DNA of 64,000 nt. Source: a virus (Duplodnaviria > Heunggongvirae > Uroviricota > Caudoviricetes). The stretch lies in the IMG/VR virus record IMGVR_UViG_3300013288_000004, positions 63,360-127,359 of that record. One strand, written 5' to 3'. Made by a program: the position numbers and the translations under genes. Position 1 is the stretch's first letter, and the number at the start of each line of letters is the position of its first letter. Below are positions 28,766 through 36,914 of the stretch, piece after piece. A model generated the notes under the pieces. It was not told where the DNA came from. It worked only from the letters and a program-made list of their open reading frames with translations, and did not search any database.

Positions 28766-29027
28766 TTTTGATACCTCCGTAGACTAAGTTATTGGCATTA
28801 TCTGTTAAATCTTCTTCGTGAAAATTGATGAAGTCTTCTGCTAAAGCCTTTAGCGCCTTTGCAGCCTCTACTCTGAATGGAACACATTCATTCCTAATGG
28901 CGAAACCCAGTGTATCAAATGTCATTGTATATTCAGTGACACCATTATGAAAAACTACTAATAGTTTATCAGCGGATTCTACTCGGATAAACTTATGGAT
29001 TCTCTGGGCTTTCACTGTAGTCCTCAT
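28755..29027 (-). CDS. Hypothetical protein
   Basis: ORF track. Confidence 0.6.
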   Translation of the reverse strand: MRTTVKAQRIHKFIRVESADKLLVVFHNGVTEYTMTFDTLGFAIRNECVPFRVEAAKALKALAEDFINFHEEDLTDNANNLVYGGIKNVR

Positions 29028-29068
29028 TTTGATGAGAGAATTATATCGCTATGATCATGAACCAGAGC

Positions 29069-29896
29069 TTAATCACCATGATGTGCGATGATGGGCTGTT
29101 TGTCCATAAATCTTTTAATTTCTTGGAATGAGAATGGTCTATACTCTGCTTTGCCCGTTACCCATGTAGAGTCAACACCAACATCTACGCTCTTACCATA
29201 AGGTTCTAATCCATTATGCACATGACCAAAACATGCTATTGATCCATGGTGACATTTGTTCCACTGACGCATGGGATAGTGGAATAATACCACAAATTGG
29301 TTGTCTATGTAAAGCTCATCATAATCTTTGCTGAACTCGCGCACAGACTCTTCCAACCCTTCCTTAGAACCAGCTTTCCATACAGCAATGTTGCCAGCAG
29401 GGAAACCACATAGCTTTGCAAAGTGAACACCTTGCTGATCTGGTACTTGAACTGCAATAGTCCATTCATCATTCAACTTGGAAATGATCTTGCGTAGATC
29501 ATCCACCTTATTCTTGGAGTGACGTTCGTCACCATCTGTGATAACATTAAGAAGATATGCATGACTCTCAGTCTTCTTGTTCTTTACTTGTACTGTCAAT
29601 CCATCAAGCATAGTCTTCATTGCAGCATCAATCAATGCTGTACCACCATCTGCACGGAACGTTACATTATTGAGTGAAACTTCTTCAACTGGTCGATCAA
29701 TAAACAACGTTGACACTTCATGGTTAAATGTATATAATGAAACTAATGTCTCTTGACCACTTCCAGCAGACACTGCCTTCATGGCATCCAAGCCAGCTTG
29801 CAACACATTCTTTGCATGTGAAATTACATTATTATGTGCCATTGATCCAGACACATCTAGTGCATAAATTACGTGATTATAAATTTTCTTGGCCAT
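29069..29896 (-). CDS. vWA-domain protein fused in frame to a C-terminal fragment of a metallophosphoesterase
   Basis: MIDAS DVSGSM, GGTALIDA and VITDG, then VLFHYPMRQWN..FGHVH...SVDVGVD. Confidence 0.7.
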   Translation of the reverse strand: MAKKIYNHVIYALDVSGSMAHNNVISHAKNVLQAGLDAMKAVSAGSGQETLVSLYTFNHEVSTLFIDRPVEEVSLNNVTFRADGGTALIDAAMKTMLDGLTVQVKNKKTESHAYLLNVITDGDERHSKNKVDDLRKIISKLNDEWTIAVQVPDQQGVHFAKLCGFPAGNIAVWKAGSKEGLEESVREFSKDYDELYIDNQFVVLFHYPMRQWNKCHHGSIACFGHVHNGLEPYGKSVDVGVDSTWVTGKAEYRPFSFQEIKRFMDKQPIIAHHGD

Positions 29897-30110
29897 TTTT
29901 ATATCCTCTTGATAAAATTCTTATAAGCCTGTCGTCTAGTCGATTCATTTTATTATACAATATATCAATCTGAGAATCGACTAGTTCAGAGTGTTGTACA
30001 TTTCCTTCCAAATGATATTTGTCAGAAACATCAATTAAGTGATTGATTCTATTCATAATTTCTTGAGATCTTTCCTCAAGCCAATCACAAATGGAAATAG
30101 TTTTAGGCAT
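29877..30110 (-). CDS. Coiled-coil hypothetical protein
   Basis: ORF track; start trimmed to MPKTI. Confidence 0.6.
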   Translation of the reverse strand: MPKTISICDWLEERSQEIMNRINHLIDVSDKYHLEGNVQHSELVDSQIDILYNKMNRLDDRLIRILSRGYKNGQENL

Positions 30111-30885
30111 TGTACGCCTCAATCAACTCAAGGATCATTTCAACCATCGTGAGTTCCTTAAATGAATGCGCCAAGTCTTCTTTTAGAATCTGCTGCTTGG
30201 AGACAGTAATGCTATCAAACTTAGCAGGATCAAGTGAGAGAGTCTTCAAACCTACTGACTTACCATTCAGTTGGGATTCGATAAGATTGCCCATAAGTAC
30301 GTCTGCTCCAGAATTAGGAGCCTTCTTACGTTGACCGGGGAAAATCTCTTTACGAGAGATTTCAAGATACATCAACATAATAGTATTTGCAATGGGGTAA
30401 CCGTTGAAGAGTTTAGGAATCTTGATTCCGTCAACCTTATCACCTTCAAGATTGACCTTGACACCCTGACACACTGTAATATAATTACGGTCATGGCCTT
30501 CACGCAATGCATCACTGCGATCACCAGAGAGTGTCTTGTTCATGGAGTCAATGAGCTTCTGTTTTCGCTCATTAAAGATGCGTCGTTGATTGGCTTCATC
30601 AAGTGCTGCCAACTTTGGTTCCTTGTCTAGGAACGGTTTAACATCTGCGAAAGAGATGGTATCTAGTGCTGCAATCTTTCGCTTATACAATGCTGAAACA
30701 GAAATACGTGTAATAATTTGTAAATCAACCTTGGGGGAGATTTCCCATCCAGATTCTGGAATATAACCATGCACCGTACCGATACCACCTTTGTTAAGTT
30801 GTTTCAGTACATCAAGCACCTTTGCCTGATCATTGGAACACCAGAACTGTTCACCACTTTCAGCCTTGTAAAGAATATTGTTCAT
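30103..30885 (-). CDS. Hypothetical protein
   Basis: 260-aa ORF. Confidence 0.8.
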   Translation of the reverse strand: MNNILYKAESGEQFWCSNDQAKVLDVLKQLNKGGIGTVHGYIPESGWEISPKVDLQIITRISVSALYKRKIAALDTISFADVKPFLDKEPKLAALDEANQRRIFNERKQKLIDSMNKTLSGDRSDALREGHDRNYITVCQGVKVNLEGDKVDGIKIPKLFNGYPIANTIMLMYLEISRKEIFPGQRKKAPNSGADVLMGNLIESQLNGKSVGLKTLSLDPAKFDSITVSKQQILKEDLAHSFKELTMVEMILELIEAYNA

Positions 30886-31123
30886 TAGATTCGCCTTGTT
30901 TATGTTCGATCATTGGGACAACTTCTATGAAGTCATCTGTATCCAGAATTAATTTATATCTGCCAGTTGGCAATGGAACCATTGTACCAGAGTCCCCAAC
31001 AGAAAAAAAGGGGCAAATTTGGTTCAGTTCAGCTAGTTGGAGATATATTAACTGGCCGTCATCTTCTTTACGAAGCAATGCACGTTGAGATTTCAGAAAT
31101 TTACAAAGATAGGTGACTCTCAT
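30860..31123 (-). CDS. Hypothetical protein
   Basis: Coupled ORF. Confidence 0.6.
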   Translation of the reverse strand: MRVTYLCKFLKSQRALLRKEDDGQLIYLQLAELNQICPFFSVGDSGTMVPLPTGRYKLILDTDDFIEVVPMIEHKQGESNEQYSLQG

Positions 31124-31290
31124 TTCCTGAGAGCGTTCCTGATCTGTTGGCTAGACTCATTGAGACCATTGATGGCAGCATCCAACCTAGCTTTCAATAC
31201 TCGACTACGCCATTCCATGATCACACAGAAAACAAGAAACAACACAATGTAAATGATTTTACCAGCAGTAGAGTCAAGAAAAGCTTCCAT
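31120..31290 (-). CDS. Small membrane protein (MEAFLDSTAGKIIYIVLFLVFC...)
   Basis: 56-aa ORF read manually; GGAG RBS. Confidence 0.55.
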   Translation of the reverse strand: MEAFLDSTAGKIIYIVLFLVFCVIMEWRSRVLKARLDAAINGLNESSQQIRNALRK

Positions 31291-31403
31291 GGTCATCTCC
31301 CTAGTGAGTACATATCATTACACAGATCTTGCGTTGTGTCAACAGTTGACATGCACTTATTTATATTGTATGCTTCATCACAACATGGCAACCGGACAGA
31401 ACA

Positions 31404-31733
31404 ATGAACCCGCCCGCGTACAAGACTAAGATGCTACCACACATTGCGCCACCCACAAGTTTGCTGTATGCTTACCAGAATGCACGATGCTTCTATTGTA
31501 ATAAGTATATTGAATACTTTGCGCATCATGGTGGACACAAGAATGATAAGGGATACACCATCGATCATCTGTTCCCACGCTCAAAAGGTTTCCGCAAGGC
31601 TGGCAACAGTGTTTTGTCATGTAGACGTTGCAACGAGATCAAGGGAAACCGTTTGCCTACTATGAAAGAAATTGCCAAAGCATTTGAGTTGTATAGACTT
31701 ATGAACCGTACATTCATCTTGGAGACATCCTAA
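31404..31733 (+). CDS. HNH endonuclease (McrA-like)
   Basis: RCFYCNK...TIDHLFPRSKG...CRRCNEIKGN. Confidence 0.85.
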   Translation: MNPPAYKTKMLPHIAPPTSLLYAYQNARCFYCNKYIEYFAHHGGHKNDKGYTIDHLFPRSKGFRKAGNSVLSCRRCNEIKGNRLPTMKEIAKAFELYRLMNRTFILETS

Positions 31734-31902
31734 TGTTGGAACTTGCAGAAGCGCATGGAATTGTTGTATACTTTAAACCTTGTTTCCTTAACCAAGACGA
31801 GGCCGCTGAACTTCGCAAGAATCTGAAAGAAGATCTTGAGGCACTTGACAAAGAAGATTGCATCAAGTATATTAATACCAACTCAACTACTGGACAACTT
31901 TC

Positions 31903-32097
31903 GTGAAAACCTTCGGCGACTACTTCTCAGATTTCTTCTCCATCATTGAAGCAATCTTCATGGTCATTTATATTACATTCAAGTCGTTGCTGTTTGGTGT
32001 AGCAGCATTCGCCTTTATCATGTTTGGTGTTGGTGTTTGCTTTCTCGCATTCTTTGCGATAGCATTCTTCATCAAGGCAGTGTTCGGATTGTTTTAA
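31903..32097 (+). CDS. Membrane protein
   Basis: Hydrophobic 64-aa ORF. Confidence 0.55.
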   Translation: MKTFGDYFSDFFSIIEAIFMVIYITFKSLLFGVAAFAFIMFGVGVCFLAFFAIAFFIKAVFGLF

Positions 32098-32118
32098 CTA
32101 ACTATAAAGGAAAATACC

Positions 32119-32295
32119 ATGTTTGAAGAACTATTGAAGCAAGCAAACGGATTTTTTGATGCGGCCATTGAAGGACCACTGGCTGATAATATTGCGAAGT
32201 TTTCGCGACAGCAGCATGAAGCTTTTTTGCGCCAAGGTTTTACAATAGATCAATCTATCCAATTTGTGGCTGCGATCCTCGGTAAAAAGGCTTGA
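32119..32295 (+). CDS. Small hypothetical protein (MFEELLKQANGFF...)
   Basis: 58-aa ORF read manually; AAGGA RBS. Confidence 0.6.
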   Translation: MFEELLKQANGFFDAAIEGPLADNIAKFSRQQHEAFLRQGFTIDQSIQFVAAILGKKA

Positions 32296-32332
32296 CGCGC
32301 AAGCATAAATAAGCTAGAATTTGAAAATATGT

Positions 32333-32408
32333 GGTCCTGTAGCTTAAGCGGATAAAGCACTGGGAGTAGTTCCAGAGATGGAGGTTCGACGTCCTTCTGG
32401 GTCCACCA
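32333..32408 (+). tRNA. Degenerate tRNA, anticodon unassignable
   Basis: D-arm GCTT/AAGC, T-arm and CCA present; mismatched acceptor; 6- or 8-nt anticodon loop. Confidence 0.5.
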
Positions 32409-32416
32409 AATAATAC

Positions 32417-32492
32417 GGGCATGTACCGGCAGAGTCTTCTAAGCTCTAGTACCGTAACGGAGTAGATGGGGGTTCGAATCCCTCCATGCCCG
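32417..32492 (+). tRNA. D-armless tRNA-like RNA with an Arg(UCU) anticodon
   Basis: GGGCATG/CATGCCC; AGAGT-CTTCTAA-GCTCT; long extra arm; GGTTCGAATCC. Confidence 0.55.
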
Positions 32493-32682
32493 CAAGACTA
32501 TATAATAGGAAAGTAAAAATGGAAACCGTAAAGTTAGTTCTATCTGCAATTGCAATTATGATCTTCCTCGTACCATTCTGGTGGACTCTTGTAATCTAAG
32601 GACTTGACATGAACGATGACATAGAATACAATAATACTTTCAGAACAGTAATCTTCTTTGTCATCTTAGGAATGATCATTCT

Positions 32683-32892
32683 ATGAATGAAAGTGCATAC
32701 TATCCTCCTCCAGAGTTCAGGAAAGGTGAAGAAGTGTACCAAAGAACCACTGGCGATGTATATTTTGTTAAGAGTGTAGAAAGGCTTGTAGGTTGCATGA
32801 AGTATGCGTATAATCTTGTCCATTGTGCTGACTTGGATGGTAACACCAAGTCGTTCAGAGAGTGGGAATTGGGTAGTAACCAACCTGCATAA
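32683..32892 (+). CDS. Hypothetical protein in the tRNA array
   Basis: ORF track. Confidence 0.55.
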   Translation: MNESAYYPPPEFRKGEEVYQRTTGDVYFVKSVERLVGCMKYAYNLVHCADLDGNTKSFREWELGSNQPA

Positions 32893-32904
32893 ATAAATGT
32901 TAAT

Positions 32905-32982
32905 GCGCTGGTAGCCCAATTGGCAGGAGGCAACAGGTTTAGATTCTGTACAGTGTGGGTTCAAATCCCACCTAGCGCACCA
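32905..32982 (+). tRNA. tRNA-Leu(UAG), short variable loop
   Basis: Cloverleaf, loop TTTAGAT, CCA. Confidence 0.85.
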
Positions 32983-33269
32983 AAATTTAACAATTTACAG
33001 TGATATTGTGAACAAAGAACAAATAATTACAATATTCACAGTATCATGCTTGACAACGATCTTTGTTTCACCTATACTGTTTGCAACTAACGTCATAGTG
33101 TTTTTCATTGTTCTGGTATGTTATCTATATACATTGAGCGATGATGAATTTGATGATGTTGACAAAGACTAAATAGATTGGTATTATTTGAATTTGTGGT
33201 CGAAAGTTTTAGGATTATCTATTTCAAAGAAAAAACTCCTTTAACGATAAACTTATCACAATAATTTAT

Positions 33270-33347
33270 ATAGCGGTAGTTTAACCGGCAAAAACGCCAT
33301 TTTTTCAAATTGGAAGACTGCGAGTTCGAATCTCGTCCGCTATACCA
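33270..33347 (+). tRNA. tRNA with a UUC (Glu) anticodon and atypical body
   Basis: ATAGCGG/CCGCTAT, loop TTTTCAA, CCA. Confidence 0.6.
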
Positions 33348-33364
33348 GAATTTGTAACGAATAT

Positions 33365-33442
33365 GTGCTGGTAGTCCAACTGGTAGGAGACAACAGACTT
33401 AAAATCTGTACAGTGAGGGTCCGAATCCCTCTCAGCGCACCA
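33365..33442 (+). tRNA. tRNA-Leu(UAA), short variable loop
   Basis: ACAGA-CTTAAAA-TCTGT, CCA. Confidence 0.85.
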
Positions 33443-33495
33443 AAATTTAGTTGTTGACAAACACTAAATAGTACTGTAGAATTTAAGATGTAAGA

Positions 33496-33585
33496 GGGTT
33501 GTTAGACCGTTAAGGATACGGGTCTGCCTGTAAAGCAGAAGTCTGCAATATGACCACGATGGTTCGATACCATCACAGCCCACCA
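33496..33585 (+). tRNA. tRNA-Tyr(GUA)
   Basis: TCTGC-CTGTAAA-GCAGA, long variable arm, CCA. Confidence 0.85.
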
Positions 33586-33589
33586 TAAT

Positions 33590-33663
33590 GGAACTTTAAC
33601 ATAAAGGCTATGTGACTGTGTGAAGTACAGAGAAACTTGGTTCGATTCCAAGAAGTTCCACCA
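33590..33663 (+). tRNA. tRNA-Phe(GAA), atypical anticodon loop
   Basis: GGAACTT/AAGTTCC, loop GTGAAGT, CCA. Confidence 0.6.
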
Positions 33664-33675
33664 AAGTTAAAATTG

Positions 33676-33859
33676 TAAGCCGAACGAAAATAGGTTATCA
33701 CTACGAGTAGCAGGTTGAGGTTGAACCTAAAAGTGTCTGATACTAACATGCAACAAAGTATCATGTGTCCACACAAGAATATGGACCGCAACCAACAGGA
33801 CTTAATTGATTCTGTGTCAATGGCGAAACATTGGCGTCCTATTTTCTTTACCTTGCTTA
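33676..33859 (+). ncRNA. Candidate multi-stem structured RNA
   Basis: Nested closing helices TAAGC/GCTTA and GAAAATAGG/CCTATTTTC plus internal hairpins; no credible ORF. Confidence 0.4.
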
Positions 33860-33867
33860 TGATGCAG

Positions 33868-33896
33868 TTGACAGATGAAAAGTAGTAGAGTATAGT
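33868..33896 (+). promoter_or_regulatory. Sigma70-like promoter for the ribozyme and large RNA
   Basis: TTGACA-17-TATAGT. Confidence 0.7.
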
Positions 33897-33911
33897 ACAC
33901 AACATGCAGTA

Positions 33912-33971
33912 ACGGGAATCACTGATGAGTCTCCCCGTAAAAGAGACGAAACACCGTAAGGTGTCTGGTTT
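33912..33971 (+). ncRNA. Type I hammerhead ribozyme
   Basis: CUGAUGA core; stem II GUCUC/GAGAC; GAAA; stem III CACC-GUAA-GGUG; GUC cleavage after 33965; stem I GAAUCA/UGGUUU; loop II CCCGU can pair with 5' ACGGG. Confidence 0.9.
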
Positions 33972-34810
33972 AGCACTCCGAGGAAGAAATGAATCGGTGA
34001 TCGGAAAGAGTATCGCAAGGTGCTCAAAGGTTGACAGCCTCCCTAGTCAGCCACCAGAAATGGCCCATCTAAACAATGGCACAATACACTACCAGAAATG
34101 GTAGGACGAGGATGAAAACTCGTATAAGTTTTACAACATGGTGAGACAATAGCTGGCGAGGCCAACGGTGTAGCTTCAGCTAAGAATCCGCAAGATTCTA
34201 TCACACGCAAACATGTCTAGAACAGATGTTGAATGCCAAGGTATGAGGTTTGAGTCTTAGCGGACGAGGGCGCATACAAAGGGTATAAGGTTGTGGGACT
34301 AGCCTTCATCGGTTAGACACACAAAGGTATACACTAGTACGAGTAATCTTAGCGGATGAAAGGACGTGTGTGGTATTCCGTATAATAAAGTTATATGGAG
34401 TCACGGTGACACGCATCTTAGGAGGTTAGACTTTATCTATTGGTTAGATGTTTTGCCTTATACAAAACGCAGTGGTTCGATTCCACACTAAAACGCAAAG
34501 TTGTCACCGACTGTAACTGAAAGTAGCGTAATACTCAACACTTCGGTGAATTGAGTCAACGTAAAGCTCGCAAGGCGATATGTTGTTCAAGGAAAGTTGC
34601 ACGTAAGGGGTAGCACCCTGCACTGCTCGCAAAGTAGGCGGTAGACAGAACTTGGAATAGGTTATAGTGACACTAGAATTGCCTCTAGTATAAAAAGGCC
34701 GCTATGGTTGATACTTCCTTGAGGAAGTGGATAAAAGTGGAACCTGTCGATTAAGCACCGATTGGATAATCACTTGAAAGGCAACCAACGATATGCTATA
34801 ATCTCAGGCA
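33966..34810 (+). ncRNA. Large ornate ncRNA, GOLLD-like
   Basis: About 845 nt free of track ORFs inside a phage tRNA array; many GNRA/UUCG-capped hairpins; embedded tRNA-like domain; family assignment from size and context only. Confidence 0.55.
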
Positions 34811-34830
34811 TTCAAGATTTAGAATTTTTC

Positions 34831-34897
34831 ATGTTGTGTAAGATAGATGTTTCCTTTTAAACGCATCCTTCTCTTCTGGTTTACTCTTACACAACAT
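34831..34897 (+). ncRNA. Candidate small RNA
   Basis: 13-bp perfect closing stem ATGTTGTGTAAGA/TCTTACACAACAT; CU-rich interior. Confidence 0.4.
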
Positions 34898-34939
34898 TAA
34901 GAATTTTTAGATTTGTAATATCTCTAAATATAAAAATCA

Positions 34940-35012
34940 CAGGGATTAATGTAGTCTGGTAACATCCGAGACCTGGACTCTCGTATCGTAGGTTCAAATC
35001 CTACATCCCTGA
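34940..35012 (+). tRNA. tRNA-Pro(UGG), C33 variant, no CCA
   Basis: C1-G72/A73; CGAGA-CCTGGAC-TCTCG. Confidence 0.7.
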
Positions 35013-35022
35013 TAAAGATTTT

Positions 35023-35099
35023 GGCTCGTTAGCTTAGTGGGAAAGCGCCGCCCTTACAAGACGGATATTGAGTAGGTTCGATTCCTACACGCGCCACCA
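35023..35099 (+). tRNA. tRNA-Val(UAC)
   Basis: Loop CTTACAA, CCA. Confidence 0.85.
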
Positions 35100-35107
35100 G
35101 AATTATT

Positions 35108-35193
35108 TAAGCATGTTTAGCCTAATAGCATCCAGCTCTATGAAGAAAGAAGGGTTAGTTCAAAATAAGTGGGCATTTTGGACGACATGCTTA
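35108..35193 (+). ncRNA. Candidate small RNA
   Basis: Closing stem TAAGCATGTT/GACATGCTTA and an internal hairpin. Confidence 0.4.
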
Positions 35194-35221
35194 ATTAGAT
35201 AAATAGATTTACAAGATATTT

Positions 35222-35300
35222 GGGGTATGGGACTGCATATGGTGGTCGCTGCACTTGCACTGCGGAATTCAGATCGGAGAGTTACCGATATACTCCACCA
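35222..35300 (+). tRNA. tRNA-Ala(UGC), non-canonical T-loop
   Basis: G3.U70; loop CTTGCAC; T-loop AGAGTTA; CCA. Confidence 0.8.
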
Positions 35301-35309
35301 AAAATTTGA

Positions 35310-35389
35310 CGCGCGGTACATTCAATTGGCAGAAGGCGAGACTCATAATCTCTGCGGATGGTTGGGTTCAAGTCCCCCCTGCGCTACCA
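35310..35389 (+). tRNA. tRNA-Met(CAU), possibly initiator-like
   Basis: Unpaired C1; GAGA-CTCATAA-TCTC; CCA. Confidence 0.75.
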
Positions 35390-35412
35390 AATTAGTTGTA
35401 AAATATTTCAGT

Positions 35413-35489
35413 GGGAGATGTATTGTAATGGTTTCGCATATTACTCTGTGACAGTAAAGGAGAGGTTTCGAATACCTCCATCTCCCCCA
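35413..35489 (+). tRNA. tRNA-His(GUG)
   Basis: Encoded G-1:C73; TTACT-CTGTGAC-AGTAA. Confidence 0.85.
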
Positions 35490-35498
35490 AATTGTAAT

Positions 35499-35585
35499 GC
35501 CGCCTTGCCCGAGAGATTGAAGGGAGCACTTTTGTAAGGTGACGACGAAAGTCCATCGCAGGTTTGAATCCTGTGGGCGGCTCCA
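35499..35585 (+). tRNA. tRNA-Thr(UGU) with a class II-like long variable arm
   Basis: CACT-TTTGTAA-GGTG; GAC-GAAA-GTC arm; CCA. Confidence 0.65.
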
Positions 35586-35587
35586 AT

Positions 35588-35682
35588 TTTCGCAAATAAT
35601 TAAAACTGTGGCAGGTAGCGTACCTTACGCCAAAAGTAAAAAAACGTATCCGGGAGTACAGTTCTCCTAGCAATTTGCGAAA
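35588..35682 (+). ncRNA. Candidate pseudoknotted small RNA
   Basis: TTTCGCAAAT/ATTTGCGAAA closure; loop ACAGTT is complementary to upstream AACTGT. Confidence 0.4.
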
Positions 35683-35696
35683 TTCTTTGATATGAT

Positions 35697-35773
35697 GGCC
35701 GGGTAGCCTAGCGGTCTAGGGCGCAATCCTGATAAGATTGAGATCGGAGGTTCGAATCCTCCCCCAGCCACCA
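35697..35773 (+). tRNA. tRNA-Ile(GAU)
   Basis: CAATC-CTGATAA-GATTG; CCA. Confidence 0.9.
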
Positions 35774-35842
35774 AAATTCCCTCTTGACAGGACATAAGTT
35801 CTGGTGTAATATAAATATACACTCTAACAACAGGAGAAAGAA

Positions 35843-36472
35843 ATGTACACGAAGGTACTTCTTCGTTCCATTGTCATCATGTTGGCAATCACACAGATCG
35901 GTTTTATGATCTTGCTTTCAGATTTCAACCCTAAAATTACATTCCACCAGCAGAGTGTGGAATTACCAAAACCAAAGTTTTATTCAGCAGATGAAATTGA
36001 AGATCGGTTGCGTGTAGTTCACGCTGAAGCTGAAATTGTGGTCAAAGAAAACATTGTATACATCAATGAAAAAGAGTATAATTGTCTGGTCAAGAATATC
36101 TACTTTGAGGCTCGCAATCAGCCAAAGGTGGGTAAACAGGCAATTGCAGTCGTCACCCTAGAACGTGTTAAACGAAAAAACTATCCGCCTACTATCTGTG
36201 GAGTTGTCTCAGAACAACGTAAACGTGGTGTGTGCCAGTTTTCGTGGAAGTGTGATGGCAAGTCTGACAATCCCAATCTTGCCTCTAAAGAAGAACTAGC
36301 CGCTTGGAATCGTGCGCAAAAAGTTGCAGAAGATGCCTTGCTTGGTCGTGTCGATCCTGTTATAAAGGGGGCTACAATGTTCCACGCTGACTATGTGTCC
36401 CCAAAATGGGATTACAGTAAACTCAAGCGTCTGGCTAAGATTGGTGATCATATCTTTTATGAGGAAACGTAA
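35843..36472 (+). CDS. Cell wall hydrolase (SleB/Hydrolase_2 family) with N-terminal anchor
   Basis: NIYFEARNQ, TICGVV, CQFSW.CDGK, FHADYVSPKW, IGDHIFY. Confidence 0.9.
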   Translation: MYTKVLLRSIVIMLAITQIGFMILLSDFNPKITFHQQSVELPKPKFYSADEIEDRLRVVHAEAEIVVKENIVYINEKEYNCLVKNIYFEARNQPKVGKQAIAVVTLERVKRKNYPPTICGVVSEQRKRGVCQFSWKCDGKSDNPNLASKEELAAWNRAQKVAEDALLGRVDPVIKGATMFHADYVSPKWDYSKLKRLAKIGDHIFYEET

Positions 36473-36700
36473 ATGACTATCAAAGTTGTAATGAGTACAA
36501 AATCCAATATTACCACATACATGAAAGACATTAATAAAACATATGGAGTAACTCGCGATTTCCAGATAATGGATGAGTCTGAGGTGGAAAATTATGTTAA
36601 AACAAAGTTGCAGTCTGGTCATCAGTGTGCTATATTTGGTCTGGAGCAGTTCGCATACAATGAATTGGTCCCTACTTTCACTAAACTAAATAATAACTAA
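36473..36700 (+). CDS. Hypothetical protein
   Basis: Coupled ORF. Confidence 0.6.
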   Translation: MTIKVVMSTKSNITTYMKDINKTYGVTRDFQIMDESEVENYVKTKLQSGHQCAIFGLEQFAYNELVPTFTKLNNN

Positions 36701-36714
36701 AGTAAGGAAATAAA

Positions 36715-36912
36715 ATGCAGAAACCAATTTTACGCAAGACCTATTGGCAGTTTTTCAACTCTGGAACTCGTTATCAGTTCGATCCATTCAAGTTGGTTCA
36801 GACTGTAGACGGTAATAGAATGACTAACGGTGAGGTCCATAAGAACCTTGTAAAGGAATGGAATCGCCCAGATGTCTACTTGATGAATGAACAAGGTGAA
36901 TTGGTAACATAA
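36715..36912 (+). CDS. Hypothetical protein
   Basis: AAGGA RBS. Confidence 0.6.
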   Translation: MQKPILRKTYWQFFNSGTRYQFDPFKLVQTVDGNRMTNGEVHKNLVKEWNRPDVYLMNEQGELVT

Positions 36913-36914
36913 CC

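Noticed and set aside
33573-33905. 110-aa minus-strand ORF
   Set aside because: Overlaps tRNA-Phe and structured RNA on the opposite strand; no RBS.
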